Source: Oopsacas minuta (taxonomy: Eukaryota; Animalia; Porifera). Taken from it: a stretch of 64,000 nucleotides of DNA. Position 1 is the stretch's first letter; each line of letters opens with the position of its first letter. A program made the translations under genes and the position numbers. Positions 52,759-64,000 of the stretch are shown here, one piece after another. Below the pieces are notes generated by a model. It saw only the letters and a list, made by a program, of their open reading frames with translations. It was not told where the DNA came from and searched no databases. The stretch lies in the NCBI GenBank assembly GCA_024704765.1, contig JAKMXF010000210.1, forward strand, positions 248,001-312,000, in the 5' to 3' direction.

Positions 52759-53827
52759 TCCGATTACAGATATACACGAACTTGAAATGATTGGCTTTGA
52801 TGCAACGATCTGTGCACTAATCGAACATATAAAGCTAAATTATGTGATAACTTTGTATTGCACTTAGTTAGGCATAATGGAATATTTATACAAATTGCTA
52901 TATAGTTCTATACAATAAATCATAGCTATAATCGAGCATAGGTAGTTGTGAATAGAATCGTGATGAGTGGAACCAAATATTGGACCTATGATACTACGTT
53001 ACTGATGGTATAATTATAAACAAGCATTACTTCGGATTATTCGTAAAGTAAACAAATTAATGTATACTATATTAACCACAAGTAATGAATATCAATGAAC
53101 CGTAAAATATTTGGAAGGTGTAATCTAAAATGAGATAATTGTATCAAATTATACATTTCTCAATGACTGTCTGCTTTTATAAAGAAATATACATTCCTAT
53201 GTTCCCAAACTACTGGATCGAGTAACTGACTTAAAATTTAGAATTACGGGGAGAGTAAGGCAAGTTTTATGAGTAATTAATCCTATATAAGTCATGAGAT
53301 ATGAAATAAGTCTAAGGGCATGTGTGCTCTCCAATTACAAAGGAGTGTTCTTAATGACCTTCACCTTGAAATCAGTACGTATAGAACAAATGGGGTGGTT
53401 TCACTAGACTTGACTGGAGTGTTAGTAGCTAACTTCATATTACATAGAAAAGTGAACTTACACTTAATTCTGAGGTTGTATATGAGATCATCTTCTTGAT
53501 AAGGAATTCTGAATTCTGATATTGGTCACTCACACTCTAATGACTAAATTTATAAAACTAATCTATCAAACAAACAAAACAGTATGGATAACAAATGTAG
53601 ATTCTATATAGGAAATGGCATTGACAGGATTTCCTGGTAACATTTTGACTTGTGACACAGGTGTGAAATAATTCCTGTCCACCTGCTGACAAAGACAATT
53701 GTTCAATAAATAATAAATTGAATGATAAGTAGTACATAGCTGGAATTGTAGCATTCGATTATAAGCAAAAATTGATTAGAGTTCAGGTTACATTACAGTA
53801 GTGACCGGGTTGTTGAGTATATCACAG

Positions 53828-56800
53828 CTATGTCGCTACCATTGGCTGATCAGAAACAGGAGGTAACTTGTCTCCCTTCGGGGTAGCCTCCTGGATCTCC
53901 TTTCTCAACTTCCAAATCTCTTTAGTCTGTCGTTCTATAATATCTTGAGGTTCTACAATCTCTGTTTTCCCCAGGCCTGTAGCTGGTATAACTGGTTTGG
54001 GGACTTGTCTCTCATCAAAGCCTTGTCGCTTGGCTATCACCATTGCCGTTTCAAGATCATGAACAGTTGAGCGTGCGATTTTTAGCTCTTTCCTCAGCTC
54101 ATTTATCTCTTTTATCAAAGTAACATTTTCTTGCATAATTCTTACATTATCAGATTTATGAATCTCACTTTCTTTCTTTAGTTTTTTCTTAAGAGCGGTT
54201 ACATTCCGTTCTAGGTGCTCTCTTTGACGAGCATATTCATCTTGTGCGTCTACTTCAAATTGTCCAACGCCTTTACTCAAACTATCCTCATCTATTTTGA
54301 AATAATTCTGGTAGAGAGCTACGACGCTGTCTTTCAATTGAGCAGGTTCTTGAATCAAACCAACTGTGTTGTGTAGATCAACCTTGAAGGATACAAATAC
54401 ATAATCGTAATCAAAATATCTATAATATTGCCCTATTTGGTGCTGATAATATACAAATTTCAGTTTTAAAATTCATATGTATTAGAGATTTAGAATTTCT
54501 GGAAAGGCTAACCGAAAGAATAGTGCTAACAAATGAAAGGATTCTAGCAAATCAGTATGAAATAATATTCCTGATAAAACGAATGAATTCAGCCAATTCT
54601 TTCGGTCAACAAATCAAATGGAATTGTAATCATTTAAATTTACTTGAAAAGCTCTTGTAAGTGCTGCTAGTCCTCTTGCTCTTTGTCTTTCTGAGAGAAG
54701 TTCTTTTGTGGTAGCTTTTAACTTAAGTTCTTTCTCATCACGTTCATGTTCTAAATTCTTACAGCTCTGAGACTTATCTTCCAACTCAGATTCCATCTTG
54801 TGGATCTGTTCCTTCTTTTCTTTAATTTCCTGCTCACGAGGTTCTATCTGCTTCTTCAATTCCTAAATTAGTTTCAATTCATGATATCCAACTGCTCAAT
54901 GGACTTCCCAGTACAAGCAAGTACAAAGGAGATTTACCTTAATTTTGTATTCTAATACAAATTTGAATTTTTCCAATTCCTGATTCTTTTTCTTGAGATC
55001 ATAAATTCTCTTCTCTTTGTCATGAATAGTATCATCTCTCTCTTGGATTTCCTTTTTGAGACCAACAATATCATTTTCAAGACTTTTAATCACACTATTC
55101 AATTTAGATTTCTCATTGGTTAGCTGGTCAATATCTTTTCTGAGATGTGATATATCTTTTTTCTGAGATTCACATTTCTTTTCAAAAACTCCTCTGTCTC
55201 CTAAAAATAACACAATATTTATTAAAGTACGAAATAGGGTGCTTTCACTTACTAATTAATAAAATTAAATTATAATTGGGAAAGTGTTATTAATCTGTTG
55301 AATAATTAATAGATCTTAATACGTCATACCTCTTAGCAACTCATTCTTCTCCTTCTCTTGTCTCAGTTGATGCTCGTAATTATTCCTCAGATCTAGAATT
55401 TCTCTATCAGCATCATCTTCCAATTGTTGTCTCAACTCTTCGTGCTCTCTCATCTGTTGGCGTAATTCTTCCTGTACTTGCTCTAATAGCCTACCTCTCT
55501 CTTCTAATTTGCTTTGGAACTCAATTGTATTTTCTTCCATGTCTCTTTGTCTCTGTGCGTGTAGCTCGGCTACTTTCCTCTCCTGTTGATCCTGTAGTCT
55601 TTGATTACGTGCTTGCAGTTCTTGATACTTCTCGTACTCAGCCATTAGTTTTTGGTTATTAGAAGCTTCTATCTCTTGTAACTCTCTAGCATGTCCCTCC
55701 CCCATTTGTTGCTCACTCTCTTCAGACTCCTGTTTAAATTGTTCATTTTCTTTCTGTACTTTCTCTACCTGACTCCTGCAAATACAGACAACGTTAGAAC
55801 TTATGTATTTAGCTATTTAGTATATAACTTACCTGAGAGCATTATGATCATTAATGAACTTATCAGTTAGACCCTTTATCTTATCCTGATACCCCATCTC
55901 CTTGATACGCATCTGGTAATCATTGTCAAGACAGAGCTCTTCTACTTTAGCTTTCAGTTCCTGTGTGAGTTGATTCTTCTCTTCTAAGTCACTTTTCGTT
56001 ATTAATATTTCCTCTGCATAGTTTATCTACGTATAAGTACAAGAATATACAACATTCTGCGAATTATATTTTGGTTAAAATAATTTTTACTAAATTACCT
56101 CTCTCTCCAGTTTAAGACCTTTACCCTCTTTATCAATTATTTTGAACATAAACACACACGCATCCTCTCCCGTAGTGATCAAGTACTGATCATCATATGT
56201 AATCTTTATACGAGTGACAGCACCGTTATGAGCTTGTGTCTCGTTGTATTTACCGGGATCAGATAGAGGGAACTTCATAGCTCTCACACCACCTTGGCTT
56301 GTACCACAGAATAGCATTCTACCTGAACGAGACAGCGCAACCTATCCGAGGAATGAGGTAATGAGATTTGTATCATATATTATTAGGAGTATAACTAGCC
56401 TGTGTTAGCACTGTATCTTCGGCTGGTACACGTCTAACCTCATGTCCATCCATGAGTACTAGTTCTTTGATATTACCATCTGAACCAACAACATAGCTTG
56501 TCTTTGCATCAGGAGATAGAGTGAGAGATGTGTAGATACATTGTCTGTGTACTGCTTCTCCTTCTCTGCAGCCTTTAGCTATAGACCATTCATAGACAGC
56601 TCCATCTGCACTACAGCTGATTAGACGCTGATCATCTTTAGAGAATGCCAGTGATCGAACCTAAAAATTGAAACATCACTACACAATTCTATAATTTATG
56701 TATATGTTTCACCTTTCCGTTATGTCCCTTCAAATCTTGTATATTCTCGAAGGAATAGGAACTGAATATCTGAATGAGATTGTTATTGACAGCTGCAAAC

Positions 56801-58580
56801 ATATGACCACCATGTGCAAACGCACACTCGCGACAACCACGAATAACAAATTCCTTAAACACGCGTATGTCGTCAAGCAGGATGTTCATTAGACGTAGTT
56901 TTTCTGAGAAGCCAGCTAGCAAAAATAGACCGGAAGGGTGTAGAGCTACAGAGTAAGCTTCTTCTTGAAACTCCTTCTGTAACTCAAGAGCGTTTGTCTC
57001 AAAATTCCAAATACGGATTGTCTTATCCATAGAACAGGTAGCAACTAGTGGTTTACGGAGACATACATCCAGTCCTGAATTAATATATTCAAATAAATTT
57101 TAATATATTTAATACTATATTAAACACATACACACCTTTAATTTGGTTCATATGGAAGGAGTGACTTAGTAAATCAAAAGAGACCTGATCAGTTCGTGTA
57201 GTGGTCATATCAGCAGTGCTAACCAGCAGAGAATATAGCTGATTACCCTTAGTGCTAGCCACTAGATTATCCTCTGACGGACTCATTGATAGACAAGATA
57301 CTTCATAGCAGTCTAGGAGAGATACACCTGTATACGCTCCATCACTACCATCCACTAAATGTATTTTATACAATTAATACTATTAATAGAAGTAATAAAT
57401 AGATATACTACACCTGGTAGCAGCAGAGATGGCTGAGTTTTGGCTACAAGTGACAAACTCATTTCAGGAAGATTATTAACTTTAACAACCTTCCTTCTGT
57501 AGAGATCTCTGTCATCTGATTTCTCAAACAAATGCAGTAATCCCACTCCTCCAGCACATATAAATCCTTTTGAATAAGATATAATGTATTCTATTCTGGG
57601 TACTCTTGGAGGAGGATCAAACATGGAAGTACTGGACACATCTCCGAATCGTGTCCTTTTTGAGCTAGAGTCTACAGAGGCTCGAACAGAAGTTGTTTGA
57701 GATCCTAGATGTTATATTCAATACCTGATTTAACACAGTAAATAAACAAATCAATAATTACCATCTCTTATAGATTGCCCTCCTCCAGCCTTAGCATCGC
57801 ATATATTATATTCCCATTTCAGGTCTGATCCTTCAAACAATTGCAAGCGACCATTACTAGTACCCAACACTAGTTTCTCTTCGGTTATCCAGCAGTGACT
57901 GAGGTAGTTAGATAGCTCTGTACGAGCGTATCCAAACGTTTTGAGAGCTCCCTCTGAATATCGTAGTAGTTTGTATATCATGTCACCTGTCAAACAAAGT
58001 ACTGTATTGTCAGTTGGATTGAATGACACCTGTTTAGCATCTCTTGCAACCTCTCCGCCCGCCTGTGTTCCGGCTCCTGGAGGTGAAACTTTTAGTGAAG
58101 CGAATACTTTTGCTTTATCCCATCCCCAGTAGAGTAATGTCTGAGAATCATACAGTAAATTAATAATATATAAGTTCGTATTATAATCGTATATACCTGA
58201 TCTGGCTTGTCTGTTAGAGAAGCAAGGTATTTACTGTCAGATGAGAAGGATATACTGATAAATGACAGTGATTGCATTTCTTTATACTGCAAGAGTTTTT
58301 TCTTATTAGTCACTAAGTCATGAATCACGATCTGACCTCTCTCAGTGCCTTTCTCTGCGATGGCTAGATACCTTTTGTTTGGACTGATAGCAAGACAGGA
58401 AGGTCCCAGCATAGTGGGAGACGTGGGGATAAATCTTTGAGTCTTTTGGTCGATGTTATAAATCACAATGTTGCTGCCTACAGGGTATATCACATTCTGT
58501 TCATCTATGAAATTTACGTTACCAACAACATCGGAGCGTAAGCCATAAGCGAAGCGTGTTTGTACACTAGCAATCGCCAT
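53828..58580 (-). CDS. CFAP57: Cilia- and flagella-associated protein 57 (WDR65), multi-exon
   Basis: [43 protein letters not shown]40s ([27 protein letters not shown]), C-terminal coiled coil with [27 protein letters not shown] and [19 protein letters not shown]. Confidence 0.95.
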
Positions 58581-58937
58581 ATAAGTCTGTTCAGATTTTG
58601 GACAAACCTTTGAGCTAAGAAATAAGAAAAAGGATGTAATTAATTGAAGTTTATGAATTGCATAGAATAGCTTGCAATTATGTTATCACAACAATACAAG
58701 TAAAAAGCAACTGCAACCTCCTCAACATATTTTTGGGATTGTATTGTAAGAAATTTGTTCTCTAATATTATGTGGACACTACTGATAAGAAGTACTCAAA
58801 GCAATCACAACATATAACATCTGTTGCTAATATACAACATAATGCTTAGAAAGGATAATCAGATAAACAGCAAGTTCACAAGCACATACTATATAATCTC
58901 AAGCAATAAAATAGATAACTGTTAGTGCTGCTAAAAG

Positions 58938-59303
58938 CTAAGGAGCTTGATAATTCCTGTGTAGTTCAGGAGTTATGTTGTACACCTGTTCAAGGACCAG
59001 TTGAATAACTTTTTCTCTGTTTTTCTTCACCTGCACCTCTATTTCATCTATTTCGCCTGCTTTCTTCTCTTCAATTTGTTTTGTATATGAATCGCCTTGA
59101 CCGGTAGCAGCATGATTCCTCATTTCAAACTCACTTTGTTTCTCGTTTCGGAAATCCAAAATCGCTCTTTGAGCTTCATCTCTCGCCTCTTTAAGTCGTC
59201 TGGTCTTCTTTTCTCGAGCTAGTTTTATCTTGGCTTGAGCGTCTCGCTCTGCACTTCTGAGTGTCTGAATACCATCCTTGTTTCCACTGTGTTTGCTAGC
59301 CAT
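58938..59303 (-). CDS. ATP6V1G: V-type proton ATPase subunit G, single exon
   Basis: GIQTLRSAERDAQAKIKLAREKKTRRLKEARDEAQ...ITPELHRNY. ATG at 59303; the track extension upstream is non-ATG. Confidence 0.93.
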   Translation of the reverse strand: MASKHSGNKDGIQTLRSAERDAQAKIKLAREKKTRRLKEARDEAQRAILDFRNEKQSEFEMRNHAATGQGDSYTKQIEEKKAGEIDEIEVQVKKNREKVIQLVLEQVYNITPELHRNYQAP

Positions 59304-59324
59304 TTCACTAATTATCAAAATAAT

Positions 59325-59354
59325 AATATTTATCAATATTTATCAATATTTATA
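59325..59354. repeat. 10-bp tandem repeat (AATATTTATC) x3 just upstream of the ATP6V1G start
   Basis: aatatttatc aatatttatc aatatttata, read directly. Confidence 0.7.
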
Positions 59355-59777
59355 CATAATAGAGTACATGTAGAATTTCCTAACTGGATAAATGGTAAAA
59401 TATAATGGAAAATAAATGATAGGTTTCTATTAAATCATGAGGAAAATATGGTCACTATTAATAGCTCATATAAAAAGTAGATTTCATATTACGAGACAGG
59501 TACGTAGAGGCAGGTGGTGTATAGGGGGTAATTATTGCATACCACATACTGTAGTAACCAATAAATGAAATTGTTAATAGAAATAAAAAGAGAATTATAG
59601 ATAATATATAAATATAAAAGTAATAAAAGGAAGGGAATCATCCATATAAGGTCTGACTATACTAAAAATTATGTAAGAGTAGAGTTCGTCTCTAATCCTA
59701 AGAAAGTAAGTAAGTTTTAAGAAAAGAAATAAATAAAGAATAAAAATAAGGGTTGCGCGTTACATATTGAGAGTTCT

Positions 59778-62700
59778 TTAAAACTCATCAGTCCTCATAT
59801 ACCGGAGTCCAGAAACAGTCAGATCTCCCACACAATAGATGCTCAGGATCTGACACACAGCCTTGATAGTGAGACTACACTCAACCCTATCTATCTCATT
59901 AGTGCCAAAGATAGGAGCAATATCAACAATACGAACAAATAAGCTGACGTCATTTTCAATGCCCATTCGTAGTCTCTCTGGTTGATAATATTGTGCTATA
60001 ATATTAACACCAAACTCAAGGGAAAATACGTTATAATCCATGAGATAGGTCGTAGTAGTGTTGACGTAGTGAGCTGTATTAATTGCAGTGAAATCATACG
60101 TACGTATAGTGACGTAAGCAGGAGAGGGATATTTCCTGTAGTCATGACGAATGACAGTTACATTACCAATAGGAAAGAGTTCCCCTACAAAGTACTGATC
60201 ACTCGTGAAGGAGAAAGTACCAGCATCATCGTAATGCAAAAACGTAACATTGGTATTGATGGGAGATAAAAATCCGTCTACAGTTACACTAATAGTAGAG
60301 AAACCAAGTCCTGGAGGTACAATACAAGTTAAAAGAGTATCATTTAGTATTATAGTTACGTTAAGGCAATATAGAGTTGAGTTATCTTCAGATTGATAGA
60401 ATATCACGATTGGAACAGGTGCATCTTCAGAGCGAGTAACCGGACCGAAATTCCGTCCGGTTATATTAACTTCTGTGTAGTAAGTACGGTATGTTGTCTC
60501 TGGGGTGGTAGATAAGATAATAGGAGGATTGACAGACCTGAAGGGTCCAGATACCCTTGTGCTAACCCCGTCTACCGTAATATTCAAATCATGAGTATTA
60601 GGACTCAGAGATGGAGTAACACAGATTATTGTATAGTTATCAATAACTACTAGATCAGTGCATTCCTCTCCACTGATTGATACAGTAACCACTGGACCAT
60701 CTTGTGATGCTGTTGACGGACCAAAGTTCTCACCATATATGGTAATATTAGTCCTTCCATATCTGGTGCCTATTATCGGATAAATACTAGTGAATATAGG
60801 TGGAGCTAAGTACGTGAAGGCACTGCTAATATTAATTTGCAATGCACTCTCATCAATTGTTAAACGGAGAGTTATAGGTATACCGATTATATCTGCTGTT
60901 GGAGTGTAGGTGGTTAGTACTGTGTTATTCTGTACAACTGTTGTGTTAAATGCTAATTTACCAGCTAGATGTACATCAACATCACGTTGTCCAGGGTAAC
61001 CAGATAGTGACCCAAAATTATCACCAATAATAGTTAGTTTAGTTCCTCCTATAGCTCTACCAGCTATAGGACGTACTGAAGTAAATAGAGGATCAGGGTA
61101 GCTCACGAATGACACGGCTTGAGTAGCATTTATAGTATCGACAAGAGGTAGAATTGGGTTAGTTGCCTTGTCAAAGAACGCGAGTGGAGTAAATGCAATG
61201 TATGTATCATCAATAGAAGTAGCTAATGATTTGTGTCTTTTGATGTAAGACCAGTCTACAGAGCTTACAACGATAACAAACACTTTACTCTCATTAAAAG
61301 CGACCCAATTCCCAGTAGAGAATATATAGCTATCTTGCGCAGATATTCCATCTTGTATAGTTATTTGGTTAATGTTAACTAGAGCAGATTCTACAGGTTC
61401 ATTAAACTCAAAAGTGAACTCTTCAGTGATTAAATTCACACTGAATTGGATCATATACGGGGGAGTGGTATCTGGTATGAATATGTTGGCCATAAGAGCT
61501 CCTCCGTCGTAGCGGGGTATCACAGGATTATTATTCATATCCATTATAAGAGATGAATCCCATATCAGCCAAGTATTATTGGTGCTAATAGCAAAGTTGT
61601 TGATACTCTTAATGTTATCAAGATCTGTCTTGCTTATCTGTATAGTCACGATTGTATTAAAAGATAAGTTAATACCAATACTGGAGCTAGTGAGAGTAAG
61701 TGATAATCCAGCAGTATTGTTCCTATAGCTCTGTAGAGTGAGGGACTGTACGTACAAAGAATAACCATTGATGGTTTCTCTGAATGTTAATTCTAGCAAT
61801 CCAGTGTCCATGTCTATTAGGAAAGAGCGTACCTGTGGTGGAGTAGTGTCTGGTGTGAATATTCGCACTTGTTGTCCTCGGCCATTAATTATCTCTTCAA
61901 TTCTATTCCCATTCATATCAGTGATTAGTAGATTAGAAAACGTGATATAGGTGTCAAGTTCACTTGTCATTAATGACATCATCTCTTTCAATGTATTAAT
62001 ATCTCCTAAATCAAAACTGAGATGTATAACCGTTGTATTTTCATAAGAATAATCCCCTTCAGTCAATCTGTAGTAGGAAATTAGAGACATCAGATTAGTA
62101 TACTGGTTAGATTGGATATTGATCTGAGTAACATCAAAGGAAGCTACATTGACAGTCTCATCAAATGTGAGCTGAATAATCTCAGTATTCATATTAATGT
62201 CATACGATACAAGTGATGGGTTAATAGAGTCAGGCGTGTAGCTTGTGACTTGTCGTGCATTATTTGTTGTTTCCTCCACCACTTGGTTACCGATCATATC
62301 AAGAATAGCATGCCTGGTTAGAGAGAGATATGTAGTAGCTTCAGAGGTAGCGAGATTGTATAGTTTCTTGATAGCATTCATATCATACGTACCTATCTCT
62401 ATAAGGATAACAGCTTGATTCTGACTATGAGATTGAGTGAAATTAGGAGCTTGTCCTGGTGTAAAAGCGTGATACTCACTCATAGCATTTGCAGAGCCTT
62501 GTAGCCTAAGCTGACTGACATTAAGAGAAGCAGTATTGACAGCTTCACTGAAGGTAAGCTCTAGGAGAGCAATGTCCATGGCTAAGTTAAATCCTAACAG
62601 AGTTGGAGGGACTCCGTCTGGAATGAAATTTCTGACTGGTATTGCGTTTGTGAATGGAATTTCTACTATATTATTCCTATTCATATCATCTATCGTATTA

Positions 62701-64000
62701 TCAGTCAGACTTAGAAAAGTGTTATTCTTAGTAGTAGCTAGTTTAGTGAATACTTTGATAATATCCGCATCGTACTGATCAAGCTGTATAGTGAGTGCAG
62801 GAGAATTGGGAGTTAATAGAGTATTTCTTATGGAGAGGGAATGAAATTCAGTAATATTCTGCATTTTCTTATTCTGTATGGTCATTTGATTGAAATAGAG
62901 ACTGCTAGCGTACATGGTCTCTGTGAAGAATAGATGGAGAATATGATCATTCATGTCTAGATCGAAATGGGTGAGCTCAGGCCGCTTAAAATCTGGTGTA
63001 AAAATTTCAGTAACGAGACCATCACCAAAATAAATAGAGCTTGTAATAGGCATAACATAATTAGCATCAAATGCCATATCTCTTATCGCATACATAGTTA
63101 TAGTAAGCCAACCATTGGGACGTGACGTGAATAATTCTGTATTATTCTTAATCTGATTGAGGTCGTACAGAGAAAATGTGAGTACTACAACAGTACTGTA
63201 TTCTGTCTGTTTATTGATACCATCAGTTAGTGTGTATGATGTCGTAGGATCGAAAAAGTCTTGTAAAGTGAATGCAGTGTAATCTAGAGTAGTAGCATTA
63301 ACCGTTTCACTGAAAGTTAGGACAACTACTTCTTGAGTTAAATTAACTGTGAACATGACCAGGCGTGGCATTGTGGAATCAGGTTGATGTTGTATGACGC
63401 CAAAGGCTTCGGAATTAGGTCTAACATCCACTGAGTTATTAGCCATATCGCGAATAGTATCACTCTCATATGTGATATAACATTGTGTAAGAAGACGACA
63501 TATAATCAATCGCTTCAATGAATTTAAGTCATCAATAGATAGAGTAACTGTTACTTCAGTATTATCCGAAGGAGTAGAGGTACCACTTGACAGAGTGTGA
63601 CTAGTTAAACCTGTCTGATTGTCCTGTAGAGTTATAGAGCTTATTCTCAAACTAGAAGCATTGACTGTCTCCTGAAATGATAGAGTTAGCATACCAAGAT
63701 TCATATCTATGGTAAATTTCACTAGCTTGGGTGTAGTCATATCAGCTGTGTAAACTCTGACCTCTAGAGCAGTTCCATCTGTAATCTCATTGAGAGTATT
63801 ACTTGCCATATCAAGTATAGCATATGATTCAGCAACTAGATATACAGTGGTGTTATCAATAGCAAGACCTCGTCTACGTTTTATTTCATTTCTATCATCT
63901 GGTCCCAGTTGTATAACAATCACGTGTCCGTTATCATTAACTGTGTGTGTTTGATTATTACCAGGTGTCAGAGTACGAGGTGAGGTATGGTAAGAGGGGT
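59778..64000 (-). CDS. 3' part of a very large secreted/surface protein: >=8 tandem ~125-aa Ig-like repeats, 3 IPT/TIG domains, 1 Calx-beta domain (5'-incomplete)
   Basis: Frame is open from the window edge (PSYHTSPRT...) to the stop at 59778. Repeat consensus PD...P.L..F..D/N....L.L.F.E.V...S......TLQ...DL..IK...I.DM..N. IPT starts RPIAGRAIGGTKLTIIGDNFG, YPIIGTRYGRTNITIYGENFG and TPETTYRTYYTEVNITGRNFG. Calx-beta GTFSFTSDQYFVGE...VTVIR. Many N-glycosylation sequons. Confidence 0.85.
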   Translation of the reverse strand, partial: PSYHTSPRTLTPGNNQTHTVNDNGHVIVIQLGPDDRNEIKRRRGLAIDNTTVYLVAESYAILDMASNTLNEITDGTALEVRVYTADMTTPKLVKFTIDMNLGMLTLSFQETVNASSLRISSITLQDNQTGLTSHTLSSGTSTPSDNTEVTVTLSIDDLNSLKRLIICRLLTQCYITYESDTIRDMANNSVDVRPNSEAFGVIQHQPDSTMPRLVMFTVNLTQEVVVLTFSETVNATTLDYTAFTLQDFFDPTTSYTLTDGINKQTEYSTVVVLTFSLYDLNQIKNNTELFTSRPNGWLTITMYAIRDMAFDANYVMPITSSIYFGDGLVTEIFTPDFKRPELTHFDLDMNDHILHLFFTETMYASSLYFNQMTIQNKKMQNITEFHSLSIRNTLLTPNSPALTIQLDQYDADIIKVFTKLATTKNNTFLSLTDNTIDDMNRNNIVEIPFTNAIPVRNFIPDGVPPTLLGFNLAMDIALLELTFSEAVNTASLNVSQLRLQGSANAMSEYHAFTPGQAPNFTQSHSQNQAVILIEIGTYDMNAIKKLYNLATSEATTYLSLTRHAILDMIGNQVVEETTNNARQVTSYTPDSINPSLVSYDINMNTEIIQLTFDETVNVASFDVTQINIQSNQYTNLMSLISYYRLTEGDYSYENTTVIHLSFDLGDINTLKEMMSLMTSELDTYITFSNLLITDMNGNRIEEIINGRGQQVRIFTPDTTPPQVRSFLIDMDTGLLELTFRETINGYSLYVQSLTLQSYRNNTAGLSLTLTSSSIGINLSFNTIVTIQISKTDLDNIKSINNFAISTNNTWLIWDSSLIMDMNNNPVIPRYDGGALMANIFIPDTTPPYMIQFSVNLITEEFTFEFNEPVESALVNINQITIQDGISAQDSYIFSTGNWVAFNESKVFVIVVSSVDWSYIKRHKSLATSIDDTYIAFTPLAFFDKATNPILPLVDTINATQAVSFVSYPDPLFTSVRPIAGRAIGGTKLTIIGDNFGSLSGYPGQRDVDVHLAGKLAFNTTVVQNNTVLTTYTPTADIIGIPITLRLTIDESALQINISSAFTYLAPPIFTSIYPIIGTRYGRTNITIYGENFGPSTASQDGPVVTVSISGEECTDLVVIDNYTIICVTPSLSPNTHDLNITVDGVSTRVSGPFRSVNPPIILSTTPETTYRTYYTEVNITGRNFGPVTRSEDAPVPIVIFYQSEDNSTLYCLNVTIILNDTLLTCIVPPGLGFSTISVTVDGFLSPINTNVTFLHYDDAGTFSFTSDQYFVGELFPIGNVTVIRHDYRKYPSPAYVTIRTYDFTAINTAHYVNTTTTYLMDYNVFSLEFGVNIIAQYYQPERLRMGIENDVSLFVRIVDIAPIFGTNEIDRVECSLTIKAVCQILSIYCVGDLTVSGLRYMRTDEF

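Noticed and set aside
52759-53827. Hidden gene in the longest intergenic gap (ORF 53566-53754; hairpin GACAGGA...TCCTGTC near 53623-53680)
   Set aside because: The ORF is compositionally non-coding and the hairpin stem is only 7 bp. More likely the CFAP57 3' UTR plus IGF2BP promoter.
57706-57726. Apparent in-frame stop in CFAP57 (pseudogene?) using acceptor AAATCAG| at 57725
   Set aside because: The nearby downstream acceptor ACATCTAG| restores the frame ([10 protein letters not shown]...), so the gene is intact.

Overview
AT-rich, very gene-dense eukaryotic (animal) genomic DNA, not prokaryotic. It carries 23 protein-coding genes with short GT-AG introns (mostly 43-65 bp) and intergenic spacers mostly 100-500 bp. 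In order: p120/delta-catenin, COPA, SIRT5, a CARD-MAGUK (CARMA/DLG5-like), C4orf45/SPMIP2-like, HPS3, PDIA3, two tandem MTCH paralogues, RAB43/19, TTC17, BABAM2, an SLC36/AVT3 transporter, GPATCH1, integrin beta, LKAAEAR1, CLCN7, a coiled-coil+NHL protein, IFT81, IGF2BP, CFAP57, V-ATPase G, and the 3' part of a very large repeat/IPT/Calx-beta protein that runs off the right edge. The compactness and gene content suggest an early-branching metazoan such as a glass sponge; this is inference and cannot be confirmed here. Main structural signal: 21 of 23 genes lie on the minus strand, and 16 of the 22 genes with a start in the window have a splice-acceptor-like YAG 1-13 nt before the ATG, pointing to spliced-leader trans-splicing and possibly polycistronic units. 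Other highlights: a giant protein of tandem ~125-aa Ig-like repeats resembling bacterial surface proteins; a CARMA-like MAGUK; an IGF2BP whose KH3/KH4 RNA-binding loops are degenerate; an integrin beta with altered metal sites; a U12-like mini-intron; and several pogo/Tc1-type MITEs. No tRNA, rRNA or CRISPR array was found. Protein identifications come from motif recognition by eye, not database searches. Hand-built exon chains were checked for frame.
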